NCBI GenBank assembly: GCA_963674945.2
Contig: CAXXWQ010000004.1
Location: forward strand, 2,592,001 to 2,656,000
Direction: 5' to 3'
DNA: 64,000 nt
Source of the DNA: an uncultured Desulfosarcina sp.
GTDB taxonomy: Bacteria; Desulfobacterota; Desulfobacteria; Desulfobacterales; Desulfosarcinaceae
The position numbers and the translations under genes are program-made. This document shows positions 38,315 to 49,900 of this stretch, one piece after another. The notes under the pieces were generated by a model. It saw nothing but the letters and a program-made list of their open reading frames with translations. It had not been told where the DNA came from and did not search any database. Position 1 is the stretch's first letter, and each line of letters starts with the position of its first letter.

Positions 38315-38681
38315 TCGGCATTATATTTTTTGATATTGTATTAAAAATCTAAAATTAAAACAGATTCTGTTCATAGCGGGTGTTGTGCAGGAACCAGAAG
38401 GGAATGAAAAAGTGTATCATACCGTATAAAAAAGAACATCGATCGTCCTAAATCGTTATGCCGAAAAATGCCCATCATGTGATGCAATCGTAGCTATCCC
38501 ATAAAAGTTCCTTCCATGGTCGTCCGAGATCATCGTTTCCGTATTCCTTCATCGGCGGCAGAAGAAGACCATCCCGTGGCAGGGCAATCACGTTGATCTT
38601 TTATTGAACCTACGCTATGGTTCGATTATTGTTTTCACATAACTCCATCCATCACAAATTCCACCAAAAGGAGAAGGTAAC

Positions 38682-38876
38682 ATGAAGGTTACGATTACCA
38701 GTCAATGTATGGGTGACAGAAATTGTAACAATCTTTGTCCAGAAGTTTTCGAATATGACGAAGATCAACTGCAGTCCATCGTAAAATTCGATACGATCCC
38801 CGAAAAATATGAGGACGTCGTCCGACAGGCCGCGAGTGAGTGTGGCGCAGAAGCAATCGAGATCATGGAGGAGTAA
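38682..38876 (+). CDS. Monocluster ferredoxin (CxxDxxC type)
   Basis: 63-64 aa acidic protein; CMGDRNCNNLCPEVF...ECGAEAI; AAGGAG RBS. Confidence 0.9.
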   Translation: MKVTITSQCMGDRNCNNLCPEVFEYDEDQLQSIVKFDTIPEKYEDVVRQAASECGAEAIEIMEE

Positions 38877-39038
38877 TATACTTTCTTTCCCTTTCACCCT
38901 GCCTTCCAGATTACCGTTTCCGGCGGTGCCGATCCAACCGGGGAGGCGCCGCTTGCCACGAAAACGTGAAACGTGTGAGTATTCGTTCACGCCAAGATCC
39001 AAACACGCGATTCACCAATCGTTCAATGGGGGTTGCGC

Positions 39039-39614
39039 ATGTCCCGGTTCAGAGAGAGTCAAACGGCAAAAAACCTTCTAATTTCATATGCATTCGAATC
39101 CCAGGCGACCACGCGATACACATTTTTTGCCGATCAGGCAAAAAGGGACGGTTACATTCAGGTCGCCGCCATTTTCAATGAAACCGCCAGCCAGGAGTGC
39201 GAACATGCGCTTCGCTTTTTCAAATTTTTCAATGGTGGAAAACTTGAGGTGACGGCCAGTTTTCTCACCGGCGTGGTCAAGGCGACTTATGAAAATTTGG
39301 AATCTGCAGCGGATTTGGAGCTGGATGTTCACAGTCGGCTGTACCCCGGATTTGCTCAAATTGCGCGCCAGGAGGGATTCGATCGCGCAGCGGATGTTTG
39401 GGATGCAATCATCGTTGCCGAAGTGCAACACGAAAAGAATTTTCGCGAACTTGCAGAGAATGTGAAGACCGATCGGGTTTTCAGCCGATCTAGTGCCAGG
39501 ATTTGGCGTTGTATGAACTGCGGATATATCCACGAAGGAAAGTGCGCGCCGGCCAAATGTCCGGCTTGCGTGCAACCGTCGAACTATTTCGAATTATTTG
39601 TTCCCAATTGGTAG
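39039..39614 (+). CDS. rbr: Rubrerythrin-family protein
   Basis: ESQA..RY.FFA, ECEHA, AEVQHE diiron motifs; C-terminal CMNCGY...CPAC rubredoxin domain. Confidence 0.9.
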   Translation: MSRFRESQTAKNLLISYAFESQATTRYTFFADQAKRDGYIQVAAIFNETASQECEHALRFFKFFNGGKLEVTASFLTGVVKATYENLESAADLELDVHSRLYPGFAQIARQEGFDRAADVWDAIIVAEVQHEKNFRELAENVKTDRVFSRSSARIWRCMNCGYIHEGKCAPAKCPACVQPSNYFELFVPNW

Positions 39615-39748
39615 CAGATCCAAAACCGTGAAGAATCATTCCACGCAATCGTGTTTTTTCCACGTCGGGAACCAACGCCAAATGAGCTGGGCACAAAGAG
39701 AAAAATATGGTAAGAAGTCTGGATTTTCCATAAGGAGGACTGAATCCC

Positions 39749-40246
39749 ATGCTGTCCAGGTTTTCCAACGAGGTGCTTTCCAAGGGTGCGCAAGCCGTAC
39801 TTCCCCAGAACTTAAATGGATTCTGGCTGCAAAGACTGCAAAAACTGTCCGACGACTTCCTCGATCATAATTTCGCCACCGACCGATGTTTGGAAACCCC
39901 GGAGACGGATGATCCAGTACTTTTATCCTGTGTTCATGAAGTGTTGCGGTATAATGGAACCGACGGTTCCAGCCGATCTGCCGAGCAACTGGCCGAAGAT
40001 ATAACCATATACGCCCTTTCCATCACAATGGAAACCATCCGCCGGGAATCGGATATCGAAATGTCGCCTCCGACATTGGAGGAACTTCTCTCCTTGGATC
40101 GAATCGTTCAATTTGGCAAAACAAACCCTGATTTTGGTCGATTTCTCGAACAGGCATGCATCGTTCGGGAAGATTCGTCCTCGGACGAAGAAAATTGGTT
40201 TCAAAGGCTGAAACGAAGGATCCGAGCCCGAATTTCCGAAGATTGA
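39749..40246 (+). CDS. Hypothetical protein
   Basis: Strong TAAGGAGG RBS, 165-aa ORF filling the intergenic gap; no motif recognised. Confidence 0.7.
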   Translation: MLSRFSNEVLSKGAQAVLPQNLNGFWLQRLQKLSDDFLDHNFATDRCLETPETDDPVLLSCVHEVLRYNGTDGSSRSAEQLAEDITIYALSITMETIRRESDIEMSPPTLEELLSLDRIVQFGKTNPDFGRFLEQACIVREDSSSDEENWFQRLKRRIRARISED

Positions 40247-40271
40247 TGGGCTTGTTTCGGCCCTTCAATCT

Positions 40272-40424
40272 TGATGAAATTGCAAAAAGTCGAATTTCGG
40301 ACGGCTTCGTAACAAGTTCGAGATCAAGGATTGCGAACCCCGAGGAATGAGGCGTATGGTTGAATACGTCGCAGTGACGAGGGGTGAAGCGTAACGCAGA
40401 TATCGGATTTTTACGAAAACGTCA
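40272..40424 (+). mobile_element. About 153-bp MITE/REP-like element, family A, copy 2
   Basis: Colinear with 13825-13978 (GTTCGAGATCAAGG, CCCGAGGAATGAGGCGTATGGTTG, ATACGTCGCAGTGACGAGGG, TGAAGCGTAACGC). Confidence 0.85.
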
Positions 40425-41846
40425 GTCGTCATATCCCACGCGGTGAAGTTTAATGATATTGGTGGATCCGGCTTTGAGCCCCATGCCGATCACCAATACC
40501 ACGAGGTCTCCCTTGGCAACCCGATCCTTTCCCATGAGCATTCGTTCGCTGGCCTCCACCAACTTGGCCGCATCTTCGATCATGCCGATAAACATCGGGG
40601 TGATTCCCCATAGCAAGGCAAGACGGTGGTAGGTGTCCTGGCGTGATGTAAAGGCATATACGGGTTTCGACGGCCGCTGTTTGGAAATCTGTTTCGATGT
40701 GCTGCCCGAAACGGAAAATGCAATGATGCACCGGGCGTTTACCTCATGAAGAATGCTTACGGCGCTTTTGGCCACGGCGTGGGTTACCGGGTCCGCCGGA
40801 TCCGAATCGTGACGGAGATTGAACCGTAAAAATGGTGAACCCTCGGCCTGGCGAGCGATTTTGACCATCATCTGAACTGCATTCACCGGGTATTTGCCGG
40901 ATGCGGTTTCTCCGGACAGCATGACGGCATCGGTGCCGTCGAAAATCGCGTTTGCCACATCCGAGGCTTCGGCTCGGGTTGGGATGGGGTTGACGGTCAT
41001 CGATTCCAGCATCTGCGTTGCGGTGATCACCGGCTTGTTTTTTCGGATACTGGCGGCGATGATTCTCTTCTGGATGATGGGGACCAGTTCGGGTTGCACC
41101 TCCACCCCCAGATCTCCCCGCGCCACCATTACCCCGTCTGTCACATCCAGAATCGCATCCAGGTTTTCCACGGCCTCCGGTTTTTCGATTTTGGCAATCA
41201 CCGGTATGGTCACCCCCTGTTTTTTCATGATGAATTTGATGGCCGAGAGATCTTCGGCGCTGCGAACGAAGGAGAGGGCAAAATAATCAACGCTGTTTTT
41301 AATGCCGAAATTCACGTCCCGGATGTCTTTTTCCGTCAGGGAGGGAGCGGAAACAGCGACCCCCGGAAGATTGATGCCTTTGTTTTCTTTTAAGATCCCT
41401 TCGTTTCGAACCTCACACAAGACGGTATCATCGGTCTTCGATTTCACCCGAAGCCGGATCAGCCCGTCGTCGAGCAAGATGGTGTCTCCGGGTCTCACAT
41501 CGCCGGGCAGATTTTGATACGTGGTGGAGACCATCTGGGCGTTGCCCGTCACTGGTTTGATTGTGATGGAAAAATCAGCGCAACGCTGCAGACGAACCGG
41601 TTCACCGTTTTCCAGTTTTCCCACACGGATTTTGGGCCCCTGCAGGTCCAGTAAAATGCCCACGGGGCGGTTGAGCGTTCGGGAGGCGGATCGGATATTC
41701 CGGATGGCCCCGCTGTGGGTTTCGTAATTGCCGTGGGAAAAATTCAACCGGGCGACATTCATGCCGGCGGAAACCAATTTTGCCAGCATTTCCGGTTGAT
41801 TGGATGCGGGGCCGATCGTAGCCACGATTTTGGTTCGGATCGTCAT
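40422..41846 (-). CDS. pyk: Pyruvate kinase
   Basis: TKIVATIGPAS, ARLNFSHG, DLQGPKIR, IAKIEKPEA, MVARGDLGVE, ATQMLESM, DAVMLSGETA. Confidence 0.97.
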   Translation of the reverse strand: MTIRTKIVATIGPASNQPEMLAKLVSAGMNVARLNFSHGNYETHSGAIRNIRSASRTLNRPVGILLDLQGPKIRVGKLENGEPVRLQRCADFSITIKPVTGNAQMVSTTYQNLPGDVRPGDTILLDDGLIRLRVKSKTDDTVLCEVRNEGILKENKGINLPGVAVSAPSLTEKDIRDVNFGIKNSVDYFALSFVRSAEDLSAIKFIMKKQGVTIPVIAKIEKPEAVENLDAILDVTDGVMVARGDLGVEVQPELVPIIQKRIIAASIRKNKPVITATQMLESMTVNPIPTRAEASDVANAIFDGTDAVMLSGETASGKYPVNAVQMMVKIARQAEGSPFLRFNLRHDSDPADPVTHAVAKSAVSILHEVNARCIIAFSVSGSTSKQISKQRPSKPVYAFTSRQDTYHRLALLWGITPMFIGMIEDAAKLVEASERMLMGKDRVAKGDLVVLVIGMGLKAGSTNIIKLHRVGYDD

Positions 41847-41900
41847 GGATCGTCCTTTCTCGTCTGATTTGGTGAACATGTTTCCTTCTCATGGGTTGTT

Positions 41901-42602
41901 TTAAAACCGGGTGCTATGCACCCGGTTACAACCGCAACGATTGAAACACGGACGTGTTTTTGACTCTGGAATGTCCTTGGGACGCATGTTGCAAAGACGA
42001 AAGGATAGTCCGTGGCCCAAGATGGCCAGGCTTTCGGCGTCCAGGAAGGCGTCAGCCCGTTTTTCGAACAGGATGGATGCGGCGGCGGGAAAATCCTCGT
42101 CCGCCGCATTGAAAACCAATAATAGCGGCACCTTGGGCAACGGCATGAATCGACGGTGAAGATCGCAGGCAATGGAAAGATTCGTAACGCTGCCGCCCAA
42201 GGCGTCGCAGGCACCTTCAAGGGTGGTAAGATCTCCGGAAAACGCTTTGGCAAGGGGCCGTTCCACGGCATCTTTCCAATATGCGGTCAACGGACCGGCG
42301 GCGGGGAAATCCCGGAAGGCCACCCACTCTTTGTTCTTGGGTACAACCTTCGGGCACATGATCAGGTAGCGACAGATCACGACACAGTCAGAAAAAAGGG
42401 GCCTTCCACCGTTTTCGTCGGAAAGACCGGTGTCCGTCAGCCGGATGGTTCTGCCATGGTAGGGAATCAATACTGAATCGCCGTCGAGACCAATTCCCAA
42501 GGCCGCTTCCTTTCCCGTAAAATCAATGGTCTTCAACTGATCGAGGTAGTAGCGGTAGGTTTGTTCGTACACGGATTGTGTTTCATTCGGCGCCATCGTC
42601 AT
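41901..42602 (-). CDS. DUF3786 domain-containing protein
   Basis: EWVAFRDFP, LPKVPLLLVFNAADEDFPAAASILF...LDAESLA. Confidence 0.8.
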   Translation of the reverse strand: MTMAPNETQSVYEQTYRYYLDQLKTIDFTGKEAALGIGLDGDSVLIPYHGRTIRLTDTGLSDENGGRPLFSDCVVICRYLIMCPKVVPKNKEWVAFRDFPAAGPLTAYWKDAVERPLAKAFSGDLTTLEGACDALGGSVTNLSIACDLHRRFMPLPKVPLLLVFNAADEDFPAAASILFEKRADAFLDAESLAILGHGLSFRLCNMRPKDIPESKTRPCFNRCGCNRVHSTRF

Positions 42603-42907
42603 TGCCTTTTCGATACCATGAAGTATTTACGGATGACTTCCAAAGAACGCGTTCATCAATACGAATCAAAAAAGATTGTCTAAAAAGCGTTTCCCATTTC
42701 ATCCATCGGCAAAATAATGGGAAAAAGAGTCTTTTTCGAAATATTGTTCGGCCATCTTTGGTCTGGAAAAGCTTTTTATGGACAATGAAAAAATCCATAC
42801 TTATTTTCCGAATCCTACGGCAGTTGCACGGTTCATTGCAATGGATATTTCGAAACGACCAGGGGCTGCACCCACTGTGCAAGATCGATCAGAAAGTGAA
42901 TCGCGAG

Positions 42908-45817
42908 ATGAAAAATCATCCAAATGGAAACCCGCGTGTATTTAAGGGACACACGCGGAAAAAACGAAACGCAAGGGAGTTGGATACCATCGAGGTGAAG
43001 GGGGCCCGGGAGCATAACCTCAAACAGATCGATGTGAGCCTTCCCAAGAAGAAGCTGATCGTATTCACCGGTGTCTCCGGTTCGGGGAAATCCAGTCTCG
43101 CCTTCGATACGATCTTTGCCGAGGGCCAGCGGCGATACGTGGAGTCGCTTTCGGCATATGCCCGCCAATTCATCGGCCAGATGGAAAAACCCCAATACGA
43201 AACCATCCGGGGACTCTCGCCGACCATCTCCATCGAGCAAAAATCCGCCAGCAAAAACCCGCGCTCCACGGTGGGCACCATCACCGAAATTTACGACTAC
43301 CTGCGTGTCCTCTTCGCCCGTATCGGCCAGCAGACCTGTGTCCACTGCAAAAAGCCGGTGGGAAAGGGGGACGCCCAGAGCATGGTGGCCCGCGTCATGG
43401 AGATGCCGGAAGGCAGCAAAATTCTCATCCTGTCACCGGTAATCGAAAACCGGAAAGGAGAGCACCGGGAGGTGATCGCCCGGCTCCAGCAGCAGGGTTA
43501 CGCAAGGCTTCGGGTCGACGGCGTCGTCCAGGACATCGAGGCGGTCCAGACCCTTGCCCGATACAAGAAACACACCATCGAGGCCGTGGTAGACCGGCTG
43601 AAGGTCACCGGAAACGATGATTTCAGAAAACGGCTCACCGATTCGGTGGAGACGGCGCTGCACCTGGGAGAGGGCCGGATCATCGTACACCGCATGGACC
43701 ATGGGGATATCCCCATGAGCGAGGCGCGTTCGTGCTGCGGCATTGCCTATCCGGAGCTGGACCCGCCCCTTTTTTCCTTCAACTCCCCGCTGGGCATGTG
43801 TCCGGACTGCAACGGCATCGGGGCCAAACTGGCAATGGACGCCGACAAGGTGGTCGCCGACGGAAATTTGTCCATCCGGCATGGGGCGATCATTCCTTGG
43901 CAGGGCCATTTCACCGGCAAGGGCAGACTAAACGGTTCGTGGACGGCGGAGCAATTGCGTGCCATGGAGACCCAGTGGCAAATCGACCTCGATACCCCGT
44001 GGAACCGCCTGCCCAAACGCCAAAGGGATCTGATTCTATACGGCAGCGGCGGTCGGGAACTGACGGTGACCTGGAATGCAGAGAAGATCCAGGGTGCCTA
44101 TACGACATCCTACGAGGGACTGCTCAACACCCTCATGCGTCGGTACAGGCAGACCGAATCGGAAAATGCCAAAAAGTATTACAGCCGTTTTCTCTCCACC
44201 CGGCCCTGCGACACCTGCCATGGGCGGCGGCTCAAACCCGAAGTGCTGGCGGTAACGATTCAAGATCGTTCCATCATCGATGTCACGGACATGACGATCC
44301 GGGAAGCCAGGGACTTTCTGGATGCATTGGAGTTGTCCGGCAATCGTGAGATCATCGCCCGGGAACTGCTCAAGGAGATTACCGGCCGGTTGGGCTTTCT
44401 GGTCAACGTTGGACTGGATTATCTTTCACTGAGCCGAAAGGGCCCCACCCTTTCCGGCGGCGAATCCCAGCGGATCCGTCTGGCTTCCCAGGTGGGGTCG
44501 GAACTCACCGGTGTCCTCTATATCCTGGACGAGCCCTCCATCGGCCTTCACCAGCGGGACAATATCAAACTACTGGACACCTTATGTCACCTGCGGGATA
44601 TCGGCAATACCCTTATCGTCGTGGAGCATGACCGCGAGACAATGCTCTCATCCGACTGGATCTTGGATTTTGGCCCGGGCGCCGGGCACCTGGGGGGAGA
44701 AATCGTGGCCCAGGGAACGCCCAGGCAGATCATGCGCCGCAGGACTTCCCTCACCGGCCGCTATCTCAGCGGCAAAGAGGAGATCGAAACGCCAGTCTCA
44801 CGCCGGACGGTAAAATCTGCCGGCAATCGGTACATTACCATCGTCAGGGCCAATGAGAACAATCTGGACAACCTTACCGCCAAGATTCCTCTCGGCCTGT
44901 TGGTGGCCGTGACCGGCGTGTCCGGTGCCGGTAAGTCCACCCTGATCAACCAGATCCTCTACCCGGCCCTGGCGGCCAGACTCCACGGCAGCCTGCTGGA
45001 AACCGGACGGCACAAGGGGATCAAGGGTCTTTCCCATCTGGACAAGGTGATCAACATCGACCAGAAGGCCATCGGGCGAACGCCCCGCAGCAATCCGGCC
45101 ACCTACACCAAGGTCTTCGATCATATCCGGGATTTCTTCGCCCAGCTGCCCGAATCCAACATGCGCGGGTACAAAAAGGGGCGGTACTCCTTCAATGTCA
45201 AAGGGGGGCGCTGCGAATCCTGCAGTGGAGACGGGTACATCAAAGTGGAGATGCACTTTCTGGCCGATGTGTACGTCCCCTGTGAAACCTGCCGTGGCAA
45301 GCGTTTCAACGATGCCACCTTGGAAATTAGGTACAAGGGGCATTCCATCGCCGATGTGTTGGACCTTTCGGTGGCCCAGGCCAGGGAACTTTTCATCAAC
45401 CACCCGCGAATTCGAAAAATTCTGGACACCCTGATGGATGTGGGGCTCTCCTATATCAAGCTTGGACAGGCGGCCACCACTTTGTCCGGTGGGGAAGCCC
45501 AGCGCATCAAGCTGGCCCGGGAACTTGCCAAACGAGCCACGGGTCGAACCCTCTACATCCTCGACGAACCCACAACGGGTCTTCACTTCCAGGATGTGAA
45601 GATGCTGCTTGCCGTGCTTCATCGTCTTGTGGATGACGGCAATACCGTGGTGGTGATCGAACACAACCTGGATGTGATCAAAACCGCCGACTGGATTATC
45701 GATCTGGGACCCGAGGGGGGAAAGGGGGGCGGCCGGGTCGTGGCCCAGGGGCCACCGGAAAAGGTGGCACGGGTTGAAGAAAGCTATACGGGACGATTCT
45801 TACTGGATTGTATGTAA
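42908..45817 (+). CDS. uvrA: Excinuclease ABC subunit A
   Basis: GAREHNLK, GVSGSGKSSLAFDTIFAEGQRRY, two ABC modules (LSGGESQR, LSGGEAQR), zinc fingers; start taken at MKNHPN. Confidence 0.97.
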   Translation: MKNHPNGNPRVFKGHTRKKRNARELDTIEVKGAREHNLKQIDVSLPKKKLIVFTGVSGSGKSSLAFDTIFAEGQRRYVESLSAYARQFIGQMEKPQYETIRGLSPTISIEQKSASKNPRSTVGTITEIYDYLRVLFARIGQQTCVHCKKPVGKGDAQSMVARVMEMPEGSKILILSPVIENRKGEHREVIARLQQQGYARLRVDGVVQDIEAVQTLARYKKHTIEAVVDRLKVTGNDDFRKRLTDSVETALHLGEGRIIVHRMDHGDIPMSEARSCCGIAYPELDPPLFSFNSPLGMCPDCNGIGAKLAMDADKVVADGNLSIRHGAIIPWQGHFTGKGRLNGSWTAEQLRAMETQWQIDLDTPWNRLPKRQRDLILYGSGGRELTVTWNAEKIQGAYTTSYEGLLNTLMRRYRQTESENAKKYYSRFLSTRPCDTCHGRRLKPEVLAVTIQDRSIIDVTDMTIREARDFLDALELSGNREIIARELLKEITGRLGFLVNVGLDYLSLSRKGPTLSGGESQRIRLASQVGSELTGVLYILDEPSIGLHQRDNIKLLDTLCHLRDIGNTLIVVEHDRETMLSSDWILDFGPGAGHLGGEIVAQGTPRQIMRRRTSLTGRYLSGKEEIETPVSRRTVKSAGNRYITIVRANENNLDNLTAKIPLGLLVAVTGVSGAGKSTLINQILYPALAARLHGSLLETGRHKGIKGLSHLDKVINIDQKAIGRTPRSNPATYTKVFDHIRDFFAQLPESNMRGYKKGRYSFNVKGGRCESCSGDGYIKVEMHFLADVYVPCETCRGKRFNDATLEIRYKGHSIADVLDLSVAQARELFINHPRIRKILDTLMDVGLSYIKLGQAATTLSGGEAQRIKLARELAKRATGRTLYILDEPTTGLHFQDVKMLLAVLHRLVDDGNTVVVIEHNLDVIKTADWIIDLGPEGGKGGGRVVAQGPPEKVARVEESYTGRFLLDCM

Positions 45818-45824
45818 GCGGCGG

Positions 45825-46907
45825 TTACCTATCCATAAGGGAACTGTGGGTGGCTTCGAAATCCTTTTCGATCTTTTCGAATACTTCGACAATCTTCGGA
45901 TCGAAATGACCACCGGCGCCTTCCAAGATGATGGCCCTGGATGTTTCATGGGAGAACGGTTCCTTGTAAGGCCGCCGGGAACGTAAGGCATCGTATACAT
46001 CCACCAGTGCCATGATCCGGGCGCTCAAAGGGATTTCCTCACCGGCCAGGCCGTCCGGATAACCGGTCCCGTCCCACTTTTCGTGGTGATGTTTGGCAAT
46101 TTCGATTCCCATGTTGACGAATTCATTTTTCGGATTCTGCACCTTCACCGATTCGAGGGTGGCGGCGCCGATGGTGGTGTGGGTTTTCATCAACGCGAAT
46201 TCTTCATCGGTCAATTTTCCCGGTTTCAGCAAGATGGCATCTTTAATTCCCACCTTGCCAAGATCATGAAGCGGACTGGCGTGAAAGATTGTTTTGATGA
46301 ACTCCGGTGAAATTTCATAGGCAAAGTCCTCCGATTGAGACAAAGCGGTCGAGAGCAACCGACATAGATGCTGTACCCGCTCCAGGTGAAGGCCGGTATC
46401 GTCGTCACGGGTGTGGGATAACTTTGCCAATGCGAAAATCATCGCCAATTGGGTCTTGTTGATCTCCTCCACCTGTTGGGAAACACGCTCCTTTAGCCTG
46501 TCATTGAACTGGCGAAGAACATCCTGGACGCTGTTCAACTGAAGATGGATGTCTACTCTTGCGTATACCTCCTCCATCTGAAAGGGTTTGGTGATGTAAT
46601 CCACCCCTCCGCATTTCAATGCTCTCACCTTGTCGTCGGCATCATTCAGGGCGCTGATGAAAATAATGGGAATGTCCTTGAGCTCTCTTCGGGACTTGAA
46701 GGCTTCACACACCTCAAATCCATTCATTTCCGGCATGTTGATGTCCAGCAAGACCAGATCCGGACGCTTTCGCACCGCCGCCGCCAGCGCCATTTTTCCT
46801 TGCGGAAAAGCGGATACGGCGTACCCTTTTCTCTGGAGCATGGAGCTGAGCAGTTGTAGATTCTCGGGAATATCGTCAATGATCATTATGGTCTCTTTGT
46901 TCAACAT
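45825..46907 (-). CDS. Response regulator with HD-GYP c-di-GMP phosphodiesterase domain (RpfG-like)
   Basis: REC (IIDD, LLDINMP, YITKPF); TGLHLER, LHDLGK, HHEKWDGTGYP, DVYDAL, RPYK. Confidence 0.93.
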   Translation of the reverse strand: MLNKETIMIIDDIPENLQLLSSMLQRKGYAVSAFPQGKMALAAAVRKRPDLVLLDINMPEMNGFEVCEAFKSRRELKDIPIIFISALNDADDKVRALKCGGVDYITKPFQMEEVYARVDIHLQLNSVQDVLRQFNDRLKERVSQQVEEINKTQLAMIFALAKLSHTRDDDTGLHLERVQHLCRLLSTALSQSEDFAYEISPEFIKTIFHASPLHDLGKVGIKDAILLKPGKLTDEEFALMKTHTTIGAATLESVKVQNPKNEFVNMGIEIAKHHHEKWDGTGYPDGLAGEEIPLSARIMALVDVYDALRSRRPYKEPFSHETSRAIILEGAGGHFDPKIVEVFEKIEKDFEATHSSLMDR

Positions 46908-49900
46908 CTATATCTCTCCGGTTGCATCGTTTCGGTCATGTGTGGATAGAATGTTCAACAGGGCGGCATAATCAAACTGCAGGGCCAGGTTCTTGAGATG
47001 ATCCGCCAGTTGTCTGTCGATGGCGGTTGCCTCGTCCGCCAATTTCGTAAATTGTGTCATGTCTCCGGACTCCACGGCATTCTGAAGTCGCTGCCGCAAT
47101 GCCTTGGACAGCTGGCATACTTTTTCCATGACCGCCGGCGGATCGGTGTTTTCCCCATCGCATGAATCCGATAGGTCGAAATCTTCATCTTCCATGAAGA
47201 ATCCACGGATTTTGTCTACAATATCCTCGGTCTTGAACGGCTTGGGAACGAAGTCATCGGCACCTGCCGCTTTTGCCTTTTGGCGTATCTCGTCGGCATT
47301 GATACCGGTTGCCGTCACCGTGATAATGTATGCCTCCGGTCCACCGGGCCGCCGACGAATCCGCCGGATCGTTTCATACCCATCCATGCCCGGCAAAAGG
47401 ACATCCATCAGCACCACCTTGGGAGAAAACGTCTCCATTGCCGTCAAGGCGTTCTCGCCACTTTCCACCACCAGCGTTTCAAACCCGTTGCGGTCCAGCA
47501 CCCGCTTCAAAAGGTTGGCACAAACTGCATCGTCTTCCACGATGAGCACCCGTGGCGTTGATGCCGTGTCCCACTGTCGGGTAATGGGAACATTGGCTTC
47601 GTCTTCCGGCCGATCCGCTTTCTTCGCGAGAAAAGTAAAACGGAAAACGGCGCCTTGATCGACGTCGCTCGCAACGAGGCGCAGATCTCCCCCCATGGAA
47701 CGGGCGTAGGCCCTGCTGATGGAGAGGCCCAGCCCGGTACCTTCCGAGGCACGATGGCCGCTTGTGGTCTGCTCGAATGCATGAAACAGGTTGGCCTGCT
47801 CCGCCGGCCCGATGCCACTTCCCGTATCGCGAACATCCATCGTTATGGCCCATGTCCGATTTCTCTCTTCTGTCGCACGGACACCGAGGGTGATGCGCCC
47901 GCCTTGCCCTGTGAACTTTACGGCATTGGATACGAGGTTGATCAGGATCTGACGGATTTTTCCAGGATCTGCAATGATGGGACCGGGTATCTGCCCCACG
48001 GTGTCGATTGTAAAGTGCAGATCCTTTTTCTGGCAGGCCAATTGGAAGATGGCGTAAATATCATCGATCAACCGCTGGAAATTCATGGCTTCGGGCTGGA
48101 CCTTGATATGTCCCGCCTCGATCTTGGACATCTCCAGAATATCGCTGATCAGCTTCAGAAGATGATCCCCGCTGCGGTTGATGGTCATGAGCTGCCGACG
48201 CTGCTCGCTGTTCAGTGAAAGGTCCTGCTGCAACAATTGAGAGTGCCCCAAGATGGCGTTGAGCGGCGTGCGAATCTCATGGCTCATATTGGCCAGAAAG
48301 ACACTCTTGGAGCGATTGGCCGCCTCCGCCTTCCCCGCCAGCTCTTCGGCATGGGCGATGGCGACGGTCAATTTGTCGTTGGCTTGTATCAATGCCTTTT
48401 CGGCAGCGACCCTGCTGCGAATATCGATAATGCATTCCAGCAGTTTTTCATCACCGCGGATGACGATGCGGTTGACTGTCTTGAGAACGGGTATCCGGCT
48501 GCCATCGTGGCAGCACAATATCCGGTCCGAACTGTCTACTCTCTGGTTCAAATCGAGGATGGGGCACGTATTTTCATCGGCAGGACACATGAAACGGTGA
48601 CACCGGTTTCCCGCGATGGCGTCTGCCGGTGCGCCGAACAGATGGGCCGCAGTGGAATTGATCCACTCGATGACACGGGTTTTGGCATTGATGATGATCA
48701 ACCCAACGGGAAGACTCTCCATGAGGGTGCGCTGAATCTGCTCCTTTTCGCCTAATGCTGCCTCCATCCGTTTTCTTTCGGTAATATCGTGAAAAGCCAT
48801 GATGGATCCGACCAGTTCTCCTCGTACGGTAATGGGGCGACTGGCCAACTCCACGATGAGCACCTTACCGGTTTTGTGCAGAAACTGCTCCTCCCCATCG
48901 TAAGGTATACCCCGGCTCGCTTGGCGATAAAGGGGACAATGTGCAAGTTGAAGATGGGCATTGTTTGGGTGGCTGTGTAGTTGCGCATGGGCGTTTTTTC
49001 CGATCAACTCTTTCTCATCATATCCCAGTATCCGAAGGGCCGCCGGATTGATGCGAATGATCGCCCCCTCCTTGTCCATCACGTAGACACCCTCGGCCAA
49101 AGCGTCGTTCATTACTTTCAGATTGTGTTTTTCCCGGCTTAGGGCAAGACTCCGGCGGCGATAGGCCAAAAGAAGGGTTCCGATCATCGCCAGGGCCGAA
49201 GCCGCGGCAACCAGGAAAACGATATACTCCTTACGATAGGTTCCCGTCACCCGATCCGGCGCGTAGGTAACCAGGTAACCGGCCAACTGATCTGCGACGT
49301 CGAAAATGGGCAAAAGGGAAACCACGTATGGTAAACCGGCAACCGAACTGCCAATGGTTATGGCCTCCCCGCGGTCCATGGCATCCTGGACATTTTTGTT
49401 TTTCCTGAGCTTTTGGGTAACGGCCTTTGCATGATCGGATAAGGGCGGAGGACTGTCCGGAAGCAACGCATTGGCGTCTTCAACGATAAATTTGGGATGC
49501 AGATCCGATGTGGAGTAGAGCCATTTTTGCTCGCTGAACACAAATGGTTCGATCAACAATCGATTCATAACAAAAGAGTATTCCCGACGGGGATCCAACT
49601 CCGCCATGGCATCGCGGATGGCCTTGGTCGTCACACTCGCCTCGACGGATCCCAGGTGGTGGCCTTCCCAGAATACAGGGTAGACATAGCGGAAACCGGA
49701 TCGGACCTTACCCGTTTCAAAACCATCGATCGGACGCAACCGGGAGTTGGCGATGCGAACAGTGCGGCGAACCTGCAGCAGGTTGTCGCCGTGTCGGTCC
49801 GGCTTGTGAAAGCGAAGATAACTCGTTCCGTCAGCCAGATGAAAGTGCAATTGCAGCAGATTCTGTCTCTTCATGGCCTGGTATTGGGGAAAGAGACGGC

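Noticed and set aside
42825..42842. TTGCACGGTTCATTGCA as a sigma54 promoter or LexA box for uvrA
   Set aside because: Lacks the -24 GG and the correct spacing, and matches no LexA consensus I can support
42578..42907. 110-aa N-terminal extension of UvrA in the ORF track
   Set aside because: Overlaps the divergent DUF3786 start and an AT-rich promoter region; UvrA homology begins only near IEVKGAREHNLK
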